A stretch of DNA of 64,000 nt from an uncultured Sphingomonas sp. (GCF_913776855.1 NZ_CAJYQD010000042.1:7948-71947), one strand, 5' to 3'. Shown: positions 8,434 to 18,827, counted from the first letter of the stretch. Notes: generated by a model from the letters alone, not told the origin. Program-made: numbers and translations.

Positions 8434-9216
8434 TCATTGGCCGCGACAGGCGAGCAGGTCGACGACATCCTCCAGCCGGGCAGCGTCGCCGAGTGCGATG
8501 ACCTCCCCGATACTTCCGGCGTGCAGCGGGTCGCCCGACCAGTCGCTCATCGTGCCGCCCGCGCCCTCCACGATAGGTACCAGCGCCGCAAAGTCGTGCA
8601 GCTTCAGTCCGGCCTCGACCACCAGGTCGATATGGCCCGATGCCAGCGTGCCATAGGAATAGCAGTCGCCGCCCAGCACCGTCGATCGCACCTTCGCCTC
8701 GACATGTTCGAACCCATGCAACTGTCCGTCATCGAACAGCGCCGGGCTGGTCGTTGCCAGCAGCGCATCGGCGAGGTCGCGGCAGCGGCGGGTCTGCGCT
8801 ACTTGCCCGTTGAAGGTGGTGCCGCGCCCGACCGCGCCGATCCAGCGTTCGGCGATGATCGGCTGGTCGATCACGCCCAGCACCGGCCAGCCATCCTCGA
8901 CCAGCGCAATCAGCGTGCCGAAGATCGGCCGCCCGGCGATGAACGAACGGGTGCCGTCGATCGGATCGAGCACCCAGACGCGACCGCTGCTCCCCTCCGC
9001 CACGCCATATTCCTCACCCTGGATGCCGTCGGACGGGCGTTCGCGCTCGATGATCGCACGCATCGCTGCCTCCGCCTCGCGATCGGCCAGCGTGACGGGC
9101 GAGGCGTCATCCTTGATCTCCAGCCCGTAATGGCTGCGGAAACGCGGGCGGATGGCGGCGCCGGCGGCATCGGCCAGTTGGGCGGCAAGGGTCAGGTCGG
9201 CAGCGGTGACGGGCAT
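8434..9216 (-). CDS. hisN: Histidinol-phosphatase, inositol monophosphatase family
   Basis: KDDASPVTLADREAE, GEEYG, WVLDPIDGTRSFIAG, HDFAAL. Confidence 0.85.
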   Translation of the reverse strand: MPVTAADLTLAAQLADAAGAAIRPRFRSHYGLEIKDDASPVTLADREAEAAMRAIIERERPSDGIQGEEYGVAEGSSGRVWVLDPIDGTRSFIAGRPIFGTLIALVEDGWPVLGVIDQPIIAERWIGAVGRGTTFNGQVAQTRRCRDLADALLATTSPALFDDGQLHGFEHVEAKVRSTVLGGDCYSYGTLASGHIDLVVEAGLKLHDFAALVPIVEGAGGTMSDWSGDPLHAGSIGEVIALGDAARLEDVVDLLACRGQ

Positions 9217-9258
9217 GGCGGGCCTTTATGTTGGGCTGTTTGATTCGCTTGCGCGGAT

Positions 9259-9344
9259 GGACGGTGCCGGCCCGTTCCCGCTCCCGGCCACCCACATGAT
9301 ATCCTCGATGGGTGGCCGGGAGCGGGACCGGGCCGGCACCGTCC
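9259..9344. repeat. Long intergenic palindrome (MITE/REP-like)
   Basis: ggacggtgccggcccgttcccgctcccggccaccca ... tgggtggccgggagcgggaccgggccggcaccgtcc, ~36-bp arms with 1 mismatch. Confidence 0.8.
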
Positions 9345-9428
9345 GAAAACAGGCTCCAGATAGGCGGGGGAGCGTGCAAAGCGCAAACGCTGCTCGCGGT
9401 TGTCGCAAATGGCTGTCAGACAGGGGCT

Positions 9429-10421
9429 ATGATCGCGCTCGCCCTGCTCGCCGCCGCCGGCCAACCGCAACTCCGCATCGTCGCCGAACCGCCCGCCTCG
9501 GTTGCGGCGGCGGAGGCCGGGGTGACGGTGTTCGTCCTGAACGAAGGGACGAGCGAGGCGGAGGCGACGCCGGCTCCGATGGAGGTCGTCACCGCCGATC
9601 AGGTCCCGCTCAGGATCGTGCCGGTCGACGCCGCCGCCGCGCGCGTCGCGCCGGGCGGCTTCCGCGCGGTCCGGTATCGTATCGCTCCGGTCGCGGTCGC
9701 CGCGTCTTCGACACCGGCCGCACCGAAGGGCGAAACGGTCGTCGGGACTGCGCGCGGTCAGGCGTCGGGCCTGCTCGACCGGTTCGAACCGCACGAACCG
9801 ATCTATGGCGCGTTCGGGCTGGGATCGGACGGGGCCAAGCTGCAGGTCAGCCTCGCCTTTCGTCCGTTCGACGGCGCGGGCGCGCTGGACGGGGTGCGGC
9901 TTGCCTGGACGCAGACGATGTTCTGGGCGATCGACCGGTCCTCCGGGCCGTTCCGATCCACCAATTACAGCCCCGAAGTCTATTATCAGCGGCAGGTGGA
10001 CGACCGCATCGTCGCAGCGGCCGGCTATACGCATGATTCGAACGGGCGCGATGCCGGGTCGATTGATGTGAACCGCCTCTTCGCCTCGGCCAGCTATGTC
10101 GTGCCGATCGGGAACGACTGGCGGATCGAAGCGACGCCGAAGCTGTGGACCTATGTCGGTACCGGCTATCGCGACCTCGACCGCTATTGGGGCAATATGT
10201 CGCTGGGCGGGGCGATCGGGCAGGTCGACGGGCTGCGCATCGCCGCGTCGCTCCGCAATCCGCTGGGCAGCCACCGCGCGGGCGAGCTGTATGTGTCCTA
10301 TCCGCTGGCACGCACCGGCATCTACCTCTTCGGACAGGCCTTTGCCGGCTATGGCGAGGCGATCGACGACTATGCGCTGCGCACCTCCAGCGCGCGGCTG
10401 GGCGTGTCGTTTACCCGGTAA
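9429..10421 (+). CDS. Outer-membrane phospholipase A (OMPLA/PldA-like) with N-terminal extension
   Basis: KLQVS, PFRSTNYSPE, HDSNG (compare HQSNG), GYGE.IDDY, C-terminal beta-strand pattern. Confidence 0.8.
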   Translation: MIALALLAAAGQPQLRIVAEPPASVAAAEAGVTVFVLNEGTSEAEATPAPMEVVTADQVPLRIVPVDAAAARVAPGGFRAVRYRIAPVAVAASSTPAAPKGETVVGTARGQASGLLDRFEPHEPIYGAFGLGSDGAKLQVSLAFRPFDGAGALDGVRLAWTQTMFWAIDRSSGPFRSTNYSPEVYYQRQVDDRIVAAAGYTHDSNGRDAGSIDVNRLFASASYVVPIGNDWRIEATPKLWTYVGTGYRDLDRYWGNMSLGGAIGQVDGLRIAASLRNPLGSHRAGELYVSYPLARTGIYLFGQAFAGYGEAIDDYALRTSSARLGVSFTR

Positions 10422-10487
10422 GCGCAGCCGCTGGCGCGGTGCGCGCAAGCTGTTAGGATGGGGGCAACTTCGCTCGAGGAATTTTCC

Positions 10488-11039
10488 ATGCGTCTTGCCC
10501 TGATCGCCGCTGCCCTGACCCTGCCGTTCGCCGCACCGCTGTCCGCCGCGCTGGCACCCGGCGCGCGGGCGCCCGACTTCACCACCCAGGCGGCGATCGC
10601 GGGGAAGGCGTTCACGCTCAACCTGCGCTCGCAGCTGCGCAAGGGGCCGGTCGTCCTGTATTTCTTCCCGGCGGCGTTCACCGGCGGCTGCAATGCGGAG
10701 GCGAAGGCGTTTGCCGACGCGGTCGACGATTTCAAGGCGGCCGGGGCGACCGTGATCGGCATGTCGGCCGACGACATCGGTAAATTGCAGGAATTTTCCA
10801 AGGCGCATTGCGCCGGCCGGTTCGCGGTGGCGAGTGCCGGTCCGCGCGTGATCCAGGGATTCGACGTGGCGCTCAACCGTCCGGCCGGCGCCGACGGCAC
10901 GGCGCGTACCATGACCACCCGCACCAGCTATGTCATTGGCCGCGATGGCAAGATCGCCTTCGTCCATTCCGACATGAACCCGGCCGACCATGTTCGCACG
11001 ACCCTGGAGGCGGTGCGCGCGCTGGCCAAGCGGAGCTGA
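10488..11039 (+). CDS. Exported peroxiredoxin (BCP/PrxQ-like)
   Basis: Signal peptide, VVLYFFPAAFTGGC (PxxxTxxC), RTSYVI. Confidence 0.88.
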   Translation: MRLALIAAALTLPFAAPLSAALAPGARAPDFTTQAAIAGKAFTLNLRSQLRKGPVVLYFFPAAFTGGCNAEAKAFADAVDDFKAAGATVIGMSADDIGKLQEFSKAHCAGRFAVASAGPRVIQGFDVALNRPAGADGTARTMTTRTSYVIGRDGKIAFVHSDMNPADHVRTTLEAVRALAKRS

Positions 11040-11155
11040 TCGCCCGCCGCCGCCGTGCCGCATTCGTGGACATAGGGTAAATTTCCGCGAAACCCGATCT
11101 TAGCAAACGCGTCCTATGTCCGTTCCGTACGGTCCTGTCCGGTGGGGGCAGGCCG

Positions 11156-12325
11156 TTGGCAGAGGGACGGGGCGTGTATCTGGAAAAAATCGGAGACGGC
11201 GCAGCATCGGCCGGCAACGGCCTGATCCACGCGGTCCTCGCCTTTCTGGAAGATCAGCGGCTCGACCCGACACCGCTCAACTATACCTTCGCCTATCGCG
11301 TCGTCAGCGAACCTGCGGGCGCATTGGCGCTGGAAGTCGCGCGGCGGACCGATGGCGGAATCCGCCTGACCAGCGGCGAGGTCGAACAGCTGGGCAATGT
11401 GATCGACGGGCTGGTGGCGGAGGTGATTGGTTCGCCGCCGGTGGGCGATGCGCCGTCGGCAGCGCCGCGACCGGTTGTGGCCGCCGTGATCGACCCCGAC
11501 GTCGCCGCCGCCGAAGCGCTGGCGGAGGAGACGCTGCGCCAGATCGCCGGCTTTGCGACGATGGTGTCGGAAATGCGCACCGAAACCCGCGATTTCGGTC
11601 GCGACCTGGCCGCCAGTGCCGATGCGTTGCAGCGATCGAGGCCGATCGCTTCCGCCGACACCGCGCTTGCCGAACTGGCCCGGATCACCGCCGCGATGCG
11701 TGCGCGGGTGGAGATCGCCGAAGCGCGGCTGGAACAGGCGACGCGTGAGGCGAGCGAGCTGCGCGAACAGCTGGCCGCGGCGCATGACGATGCCCGCCGC
11801 GACCCGCTGACCGACCTGCCCAATCGCCGCGCGTTCGAGGAAGCGGTCGGTGCCGCCGATCCGGGGCCGCGGCATATCGCCATGTGCGACGTCGATCATT
11901 TCAAGGCGATCAACGACCTTCATGGCCATCCGGTCGGCGACCGGGTGCTGCGTGCGATCGGATCGACGCTGGTCCGCGAATGTCCCGGCCATCTGGTCGC
12001 GCGCTATGGCGGGGAGGAATTCGCCGTGCTGATCGCCGGGATCGAAGGCGATGCCGCCCATGCGTTGCTGGAACGCGCGCGGATCGCCGTCGGCGAACGT
12101 CGCTACCGCCTGCGTGAGAGCGGTACGCTGGTCGAGGGTATCACCCTGTCGGCCGGACTGGTGACGATGGCGCCGGGCGAGAGCCTGATGGCGGCGATCG
12201 AACGGGTCGATGCGCTGCTGTACGCCGCCAAACGCCTCGGGCGGAACCGGTCGGTCGGCGCAACGGGCGGACCGGCGGCGAATGTTACCGGACTGTCGGT
12301 CAAGCCGCGAACACCGCGCGGATAG
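11156..12325 (+). CDS. Diguanylate cyclase (coiled coil + GGDEF)
   Basis: DPLTDLPNRRAF, DVDHFKAINDLHGHPVGD, RYGGEEF. Start uncertain. Confidence 0.92.
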   Translation: MAEGRGVYLEKIGDGAASAGNGLIHAVLAFLEDQRLDPTPLNYTFAYRVVSEPAGALALEVARRTDGGIRLTSGEVEQLGNVIDGLVAEVIGSPPVGDAPSAAPRPVVAAVIDPDVAAAEALAEETLRQIAGFATMVSEMRTETRDFGRDLAASADALQRSRPIASADTALAELARITAAMRARVEIAEARLEQATREASELREQLAAAHDDARRDPLTDLPNRRAFEEAVGAADPGPRHIAMCDVDHFKAINDLHGHPVGDRVLRAIGSTLVRECPGHLVARYGGEEFAVLIAGIEGDAAHALLERARIAVGERRYRLRESGTLVEGITLSAGLVTMAPGESLMAAIERVDALLYAAKRLGRNRSVGATGGPAANVTGLSVKPRTPRG

Positions 12326-12337
12326 GCATCGGCAACG

Positions 12338-12358
12338 GCCGGGGGCGCTACCCCCGGC
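12338..12358. terminator. Hairpin between convergent genes
   Basis: gccggggg-cgcta-cccccggc. Confidence 0.4.
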
Positions 12359-12384
12359 GATCGCCGTGCCGGTTATCCGGACGT

Positions 12385-14013
12385 TCAGCGTCCGGCGATC
12401 ATGGTGCGGGCTACCGCCTCCGCGACCTTGATTCCGTCGACTGCGGCCGAGAGGATGCCGCCGGCATATCCCGCCCCTTCGCCCGCCGGAAACAGGTTGG
12501 CAGTGTTGACGCTCTGGAAATCGTCGCCACGGGTGATCCGTACCGGCGATGACGTCCGGGTTTCGACGCCGGTCATCACCGCATCGGGATGGTCGTATCC
12601 GGGGATCGTCCGTCCGAACGCGACCAGCGCCTCGCGCATTGCCGTAATCGCGAAATCGGGCAGGCATTCGGTAAGGTCGGTCAGCGTGACGCCGGGGCGA
12701 TAGGACGGCAGCACGCTGCGCAGCGCTGTTGAGGGCCGCCCGGCCAGGAAATCGCCGATCAGCTGCGCCGGAGCGCGATAATCGCCGCCGCCCGCGGCAT
12801 AGGCGCGTTCTTCCAGCTGACGCTGGAACGCGATGCCGGCCAGCGGATGCCCCGGATAGTCGCGCGCCGGATCGATGCCGACGACGATGCCGGAATTGGC
12901 GTTGCGTTCGTTGCGCGAATATTGGCTCATGCCGTTGGTCGCGACACGGCCCGGTTCGGACGTCGCGGCGACGACCGTGCCGCCCGGACACATGCAGAAG
13001 CTGTAGACGGTGCGCTGGTTGGTGCAGTGGTGCGACAGGGTATAGGCGGCCGCGCCCAGATCCGGATGCCCGGCACAGGCCCCGAAACGGGCATGGTCGA
13101 TCCAGCTTTGCGGATGTTCGATCCGGACCCCGATCGAAAACGGCTTGGCTTCGAGGAAGACGCCGCGATCGTGCAGCATATGGAACGTGTCGCGTGCGCT
13201 ATGCCCCAGCGCCAGCACCACCGGAGCGTCCGCCGCCAGCGTTTCGCCGGTCGACAGCTTCAATCCGATCAGCCGCCGGCTGCCATCGCCCTGCGTCTCC
13301 AGGTCGATGTCATCGACGCGGTGCGAGAAGCGGTATTCGCCACCCAGTGCCTCGACGGTGGCGCGCATCGATTCGACCATGGTGACTAGGCGGAAGGTAC
13401 CGATATGCGGATGCGCCTCGGTCAGGATCTCCTCCGGCGCGCCGGCCTTCACGAATTCGGTCAGCACCTTGCGGCCAAGGTGCCGTGGGTCCTTGATCTG
13501 GCTCCACAATTTGCCGTCGGAAAAGGTGCCTGCGCCGCCTTCGCCGAACTGCACGTTCGATTCGGGGTTCAGCTTGCTGCGTCGCCACAGTCCCCAGGTG
13601 TCCTGCGTGCGCTCCCGCACCACCTTGCCACGGTCGAGGATGATCGGGCGGAACCCCATCTGCGCGAGGATCAGCCCGGCGAACAGGCCGCACGGCCCAG
13701 TACCCACGACGATCGGGCGCGGTCCGGCATAGTCGGCCGGCATCTTCGTGACGAAGCGATAGCCGGTATCGGGCGTCGGCCCGACATGGCGATCGCGCTT
13801 GGCGCGGTGCAGCGCCTGCCCCTCGTTCCTAACCGTCACATCGACCGAATAGACGAGCTGGATATCGTCCTTGTCGCGTGCATCGTGCGCGCGGCGGGCG
13901 ATGGTATAGCGGATCAGGTCGCGCGGGGTGATCCGCAACCGTTCGCGAATCGCGGCGGCCAGCGCCTCTTCGGGATGGTTGAGCGGCAGTTTCAGTTCAG
14001 TGATGCGGAGCAT
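12385..14013 (-). CDS. Uncharacterised FAD-dependent oxidoreductase (COG2509-like)
   Basis: VVGTGPCGLFA, NVQFGEGGAGTFSDGKL, FCMCPGG, GEGAGYAGGILSAAVDG. Confidence 0.88.
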   Translation of the reverse strand: MLRITELKLPLNHPEEALAAAIRERLRITPRDLIRYTIARRAHDARDKDDIQLVYSVDVTVRNEGQALHRAKRDRHVGPTPDTGYRFVTKMPADYAGPRPIVVGTGPCGLFAGLILAQMGFRPIILDRGKVVRERTQDTWGLWRRSKLNPESNVQFGEGGAGTFSDGKLWSQIKDPRHLGRKVLTEFVKAGAPEEILTEAHPHIGTFRLVTMVESMRATVEALGGEYRFSHRVDDIDLETQGDGSRRLIGLKLSTGETLAADAPVVLALGHSARDTFHMLHDRGVFLEAKPFSIGVRIEHPQSWIDHARFGACAGHPDLGAAAYTLSHHCTNQRTVYSFCMCPGGTVVAATSEPGRVATNGMSQYSRNERNANSGIVVGIDPARDYPGHPLAGIAFQRQLEERAYAAGGGDYRAPAQLIGDFLAGRPSTALRSVLPSYRPGVTLTDLTECLPDFAITAMREALVAFGRTIPGYDHPDAVMTGVETRTSSPVRITRGDDFQSVNTANLFPAGEGAGYAGGILSAAVDGIKVAEAVARTMIAGR

Positions 14014-14092
14014 CGGGCCATGTAGCGCGAGAGCCGGCACATCGCCATGGTCGCGATTGTCCGCACGCGTCGATCGCGATAGGCGGGGGAGC

Positions 14093-16504
14093 ATGATCGG
14101 ATCGCTGCTCCGCTGCCTGTTGTCGCTGTTGCTGGTCGTCAGCGCCGTCTCCGCGATCGCCCAGACGGGCGTCGCCCCCGACTATGGGACGCTGCTCGAC
14201 CGTGCTGCCGACGAACTGGGCAAGGTTGATGGTGCGCTCGACACCCGGCTGGAACCCAGCGACCGCGGCGACCTGCGCGGTCGGGCGCAGGCGGTGCGGG
14301 CGACGACGCTCGACACCGCGCAGCAACTGGCCAGCGACATGGCACGGATCGACGCGCGGCTGGCGCAGCTGGGGCCGACGGCATCGGGCGAGGATGCGGC
14401 GATCGGTGCCGAACGCACCGCGTTGGCCAGGCAACGCACGACGATCGATTCGGCGACGAAGCGCGCCAAGCTGCTGTCGGTCGAGGCGCAGCAGCTGATC
14501 GACGAGATTCAGGAGGGGCAGGCTGCCGAGCTGAACCAGAAGCTGTTCGGGCGTAGCGCCTCGCCGCTGACCCCGGCCTTCTGGAGTGCGATCCTGCGGG
14601 CCGTGCCGCGCGACCTGCACCGGATCGAACGCTTCGCCGCGGCGGAGGTCGACGCCGTGCGCGGCGCCGCACTGGCACAAGGCTGGCCCGCGCTGCTCGG
14701 CCTTGCCATCGCGATCCTGTTGCTGGGGCCGGCGCGGCTGGCGGCGGCGCGGGTCGGACAGCGATTGCTGATCGAGGGTGCGCCGGGGCGGCGGGTGCGG
14801 CGCTCGGCCAATGCGCTCGGTCGCATCCTGGTCGGGACGCTGGCCCCGCTGTTGGCGGCGAGCGTGCTGCTGACCGGTGCGCGCTGGGCCGGGCTGGTCG
14901 CACCGCGCTGGGACCCCATGCTCGACCAGTGGCTGGTCGCGATCGGCTTTGCCGCCTTTTCCAGCGCGGTACTCGGCGCGATGCTGATGCGTCGCAGCCC
15001 GAGCTGGCGGATCGCACCGGTCAGCGATGCGGTGGCGGCACGGTTCCGGCCCTATTCGTTCCTGCTGGCGGGGCTGGCCGGCTGTGCGATCGCGCTGGAC
15101 GCGGCCGACAGCGCGATCGGGACCAGCACGGCGATCCGCATCGCGACGCATTCGTTGCTGGCGCTGGCGCATATCCTGTTGATCGCGGCTACCCTGTTCG
15201 CGCTCGGCCGGATGCGGGCGGAGGCGAACGCACCGGCGGACGACGCGATCGAAGCACCGGCCAATACCGGGCTGGCGGCGATGGCGCTGTTCGCGTGGGG
15301 TGTCGCCGGGATCGCGGCACTGGCGCTGGTGGCGGGCTATGTCGGGTTCAGCCTGTTCGTCGGGCAGATGGCGGCATGGACGCTGGTGCTGGGCGCCGCG
15401 GTCTATCTGATCCTCGCCGCGACCGACGATGTCGCGACATCGGTGTTCGAACGCGGCAGCCGGCTGGGGATCGCGCTGACCCGTGGCCTCGGCCTGCGCG
15501 GCGGCACGATCGACCAGTTCGGCGTGCTGTTGTCGGGCGTGTTGCGCGTGCTGATCGCGGTGATCGCGTTCGCGCTGTGGCTGTTGCCGTTCGGCAGCAG
15601 CGGCGTGTCCGACGCGCTTTCCCGCCTGGGAGACCTTGCGCGCGGGGTGCAGATCGGCGGCGTCACCATCTCGCCCGGCGCGATCCTGCGCAGCGTCGTC
15701 GTGCTGGTCATCGGGCTGACGCTGGTACGTGCCTTCATGCGCTGGCTGGAGGGGCGGTATCTGCCGGCCACCGACCTCGATGGCAGCGGGCGCAATTCGG
15801 TCAGCCTCGTCGCGCGCTATGTCGGGATCGCGCTGGCGGTGATCTGGGCGCTCGCCTCGCTCGGCATCGGGGTGGAGCGTATCGCGTTGCTGCTGTCCGC
15901 CCTGTCGGTCGGCATCGGGTTCGGGTTGCAGGCGATCACGCAGAATTTCGTGTCCGGCCTTATCCTGCTGGCCGAGCGTCCGATCAAGATCGGCGACCTG
16001 ATCCGCGTCGGCACCGATGAAGGCGATGTGAAGCGGATCAGCGTGCGATCGACCGAGATCACGCTGGCCGACCATTCGACGCTGATCGTGCCCAATTCCG
16101 AACTCATCACCAAGACGGTGCTGAACAAGACGCTGGCCAGCCCGCTTGGTCGCATCCAGATCCAGTTCTCGGTCCCGATCAGCGTCGATGCGGCGGCGGT
16201 CCAGCAGCTGGTGATGGAAGCTTTCGCCCGCGAAACGGCGGTGCTGGCCGATCCGGCGCCCAATGCGTTCATCGACGCGATCGTCAACGACCGCATCGCG
16301 TTCAACTGTTTTGCGCATGTCGAATCGCCGCGTGCCGCCTATCGCGCGCGCAGCAACATCCTGCTCGACCTGCTCACCCGGTTCCGCGCGGAGGGGATCG
16401 AGATGGGTACCGTACCGCAAAAGCTCGAACTGGTCACGGCCTCACCGACCGATCCGATTCCCCCCTTGCCAGCCGATCCCGCCGGCGGCACGGCACGGCC
16501 ATGA
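14093..16504 (+). CDS. Large MscS-family mechanosensitive channel (DUF3772 N-terminus)
   Basis: Signal peptide, coiled coil, many TMs, ALSVGIGFGLQAITQNFVSGLILLAERPIKIGD. Confidence 0.88.
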   Translation: MIGSLLRCLLSLLLVVSAVSAIAQTGVAPDYGTLLDRAADELGKVDGALDTRLEPSDRGDLRGRAQAVRATTLDTAQQLASDMARIDARLAQLGPTASGEDAAIGAERTALARQRTTIDSATKRAKLLSVEAQQLIDEIQEGQAAELNQKLFGRSASPLTPAFWSAILRAVPRDLHRIERFAAAEVDAVRGAALAQGWPALLGLAIAILLLGPARLAAARVGQRLLIEGAPGRRVRRSANALGRILVGTLAPLLAASVLLTGARWAGLVAPRWDPMLDQWLVAIGFAAFSSAVLGAMLMRRSPSWRIAPVSDAVAARFRPYSFLLAGLAGCAIALDAADSAIGTSTAIRIATHSLLALAHILLIAATLFALGRMRAEANAPADDAIEAPANTGLAAMALFAWGVAGIAALALVAGYVGFSLFVGQMAAWTLVLGAAVYLILAATDDVATSVFERGSRLGIALTRGLGLRGGTIDQFGVLLSGVLRVLIAVIAFALWLLPFGSSGVSDALSRLGDLARGVQIGGVTISPGAILRSVVVLVIGLTLVRAFMRWLEGRYLPATDLDGSGRNSVSLVARYVGIALAVIWALASLGIGVERIALLLSALSVGIGFGLQAITQNFVSGLILLAERPIKIGDLIRVGTDEGDVKRISVRSTEITLADHSTLIVPNSELITKTVLNKTLASPLGRIQIQFSVPISVDAAAVQQLVMEAFARETAVLADPAPNAFIDAIVNDRIAFNCFAHVESPRAAYRARSNILLDLLTRFRAEGIEMGTVPQKLELVTASPTDPIPPLPADPAGGTARP

Positions 16505-17253
16505 TCCTGCTCAACGACGAATTTGCCGACCTGCCCACCGCCGACGGTGGCGTGATGCGCACCCATGTCTTCCGTCCGGCGGGCGAGGGGCGGTTTCCCG
16601 GTGTCGTGCTCTATTCCGAAATCTATCAGGTGACCGCGCCGATCCGGCGGCTGGCGGCGTTCATCGCCGGGCACGGCTATGTCGTGGCGGTGCCGGAGGT
16701 GTATCATGAATATGAAGCGCCCGGCACGGTGCTGGCCTATGACAAGCCGGGCACCGATCGCGGCAACGACCTGAAGTTCCTCAAGCCCGTTGCCGGGTTC
16801 GACGCCGATGCGACGCTGGTGATCGATTATCTCGCGCAACATCCCGCCTGTTCGGGCCGCATCGGGGTGGCGGGCGTATGCCTGGGTGGGCACCTCGCCT
16901 ATCGCGCCGCGTTCGACCCGCGCGTGCAGGCGGCGGCGTGCTTCTATCCGACCGATATTCATTCGGGGACGCTGGGCGAGGGGCGCTGCGACGACAGCCT
17001 GTCGCGGAGCGGGGAGATCACCGCGGAGATGCTGTTCGTGTGGGGGCGGCAGGACCCGCATGTGCCCTATGCCGGGCGGCAGGCGATCCGCGACGCGCTG
17101 GAAGCGGCAGGCACGCGGTACGAATGGCACGAGGTGAATGCCCAGCACGCGTTCCTGCGCGACGAAGGGCCGCGCTATGATCCGGCGCTGTTCGTGGCGG
17201 CGACCGGGTGGATGCTGGCGTTGTTCGCGCGGGTGTTGGGCGGGCGGGTTTGA
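16501..17253 (+). CDS. Dienelactone hydrolase family protein
   Basis: SEIYQVT, GVCLGG nucleophile elbow, HAF. Confidence 0.9.
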   Translation: MILLNDEFADLPTADGGVMRTHVFRPAGEGRFPGVVLYSEIYQVTAPIRRLAAFIAGHGYVVAVPEVYHEYEAPGTVLAYDKPGTDRGNDLKFLKPVAGFDADATLVIDYLAQHPACSGRIGVAGVCLGGHLAYRAAFDPRVQAAACFYPTDIHSGTLGEGRCDDSLSRSGEITAEMLFVWGRQDPHVPYAGRQAIRDALEAAGTRYEWHEVNAQHAFLRDEGPRYDPALFVAATGWMLALFARVLGGRV

Positions 17254-17287
17254 GGGGAGGCTGCGGCACCCGCCTCTTTGCCCCCTT

Positions 17288-17407
17288 CCGTTTGCTTCGA
17301 GCGCAGGTTCGAGCCTGCCGAGAACCGTAGTCGAGAAGGGGTTGCCCCAAACGGGGAGTTCTCGACGGACGCTTCTCGACAGGCTCGAAGCTGCTCGAAC
17401 CGAACGG
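17288..17407 (+). repeat. ~120-bp nested-palindrome repeat, copy 1
   Basis: ccgtttgcttcgagc ... gctcgaaccgaacgg; near-identical to 51383-51503 and to the reverse copy at 60311-60431. Confidence 0.9.
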
Positions 17408-17431
17408 GGGGCTGGCAGGAGTGAACAGGCC

Positions 17432-17854
17432 CTACCCGACCGCCGCCACGCCCAGTCGCGGAATCTCGATCTTCGGACAACGGTCCATCACCACCTGCAA
17501 CCCGGCTGCTTCCGCGCGGGCGGCGGCGGCTTCGTTCACCACCCCCAGCTGCATCCACACCGCCTTCGCGCCCGCCGCGATCGCCGCATCGACCGCCTCG
17601 CCGGCAGCGGCCGGGTTGCGGAAGATGTCGACGATGTCGATCGGCTCCCCGATCTGGTCGAGGTCGCGGAACACGAACTCGCCATGCAGATGCTCGCCGG
17701 TGATCTGCGGATTGACCGGAATCACCCGGTATCCGCGCTGCTGGAGATAGGCCATCACACCATAGGAGGCCCGGTCGGGGCGGTCCGATGCGCCGACCAG
17801 CGCGATGGTCCGCGCCTCGGTCAAAAGGGTGCGGATGCCATCGTCGTCGAGCAT
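17432..17854 (-). CDS. CoA-binding protein (YccU-like)
   Basis: IALVGASDRPDRAS, YRVIPVNP, DIVDIFR, VWMQLG, VMDRCPKIE. Confidence 0.9.
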   Translation of the reverse strand: MLDDDGIRTLLTEARTIALVGASDRPDRASYGVMAYLQQRGYRVIPVNPQITGEHLHGEFVFRDLDQIGEPIDIVDIFRNPAAAGEAVDAAIAAGAKAVWMQLGVVNEAAAARAEAAGLQVVMDRCPKIEIPRLGVAAVG

Positions 17855-17855
17855 G

Positions 17856-18827
17856 TCAGTTCCTTAGCAACCAGTCGCCGACCTTGGCGGCAATGGTCTG
17901 GAACGGCTCGGCCTCCGCGCCGTTCCCGGCGGCGGGAGGCGTGCCGGCATCCGACGCGGTGCGGATATCGATCGTCAGCGGAATGCGGCCGAGGAACGGG
18001 ATGCCCAGTGCCTGCGCCTTCGCCTCCGCCCCGCCCGTGCCGAACGGATCGGACAGCCCACCGCAATGCGGACAGCAATAGCCGGCCATGTTTTCGACCA
18101 GCCCGATGATCGGCACCCCGGCCTTGGTGAACAGGTCGATCGCCCGCGTCGCGTCGATCAGGGCCAAATCCTGCGGCGTCGAGACGATCACCGCGCCGGC
18201 GGGCCTGTGCTTCTGCATCATGGTCAGCTGCACGTCGCCGGTGCCCGGCGGCATGTCGACGACCAGCGTATCGACCATCTGCCAATGCGCATCGACCAGC
18301 TGGGTCAGCGCGCCCGCCGCCATCGGCCCGCGCCACGCGATCGCCTGCCCCCCCGGAACCAGCTGTCCCATCGACAGCAGCGGGACGCCGTGCGGGGTGG
18401 CGACGGGCACCAGTTTCTTGTCGTGCGCCTCGGCCTTGATCCCCTCCACGCCCAGCAGGCGCGGCTGTGAGGGGCCATAGATGTCGGCGTCGATCATCCC
18501 GACCTTGCGCCCCGAACGGGCCAGCGCGATGGCCAGATTGGCCGAGAGCGTCGATTTGCCGACGCCGCCCTTGCCGCTGGCGACCGCGATAATGCGCTGC
18601 TGCACCCGCTCGCTGGTCTGCGCCACGCGCACGCTGGCGATACCGGGCGCGGTCAGGGCAGTGGCCTTCACATCGGCCTCCAGCGCGTCGCACGCCGCGG
18701 GGGGCAGGCCCGTCACGTTGAGGATGATGCTGGCCGAATCGCCGGTCACGCGGACCGTGGCGCGTCCGGCCGCGATGGGACCAAGCAGCGCATCGAGCGC
18801 GGCGGCGGGGTTCGAAGCGGAAGCCAT
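17856..18827 (-). CDS. apbC: Mrp/NBP35 (ApbC) Fe-S carrier ATPase
   Basis: VASGKGGVGKST, DADIYGPS, DMPPGTGD, ENMAGYCCPHC. Confidence 0.92.
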   Translation of the reverse strand: MASASNPAAALDALLGPIAAGRATVRVTGDSASIILNVTGLPPAACDALEADVKATALTAPGIASVRVAQTSERVQQRIIAVASGKGGVGKSTLSANLAIALARSGRKVGMIDADIYGPSQPRLLGVEGIKAEAHDKKLVPVATPHGVPLLSMGQLVPGGQAIAWRGPMAAGALTQLVDAHWQMVDTLVVDMPPGTGDVQLTMMQKHRPAGAVIVSTPQDLALIDATRAIDLFTKAGVPIIGLVENMAGYCCPHCGGLSDPFGTGGAEAKAQALGIPFLGRIPLTIDIRTASDAGTPPAAGNGAEAEPFQTIAAKVGDWLLRN

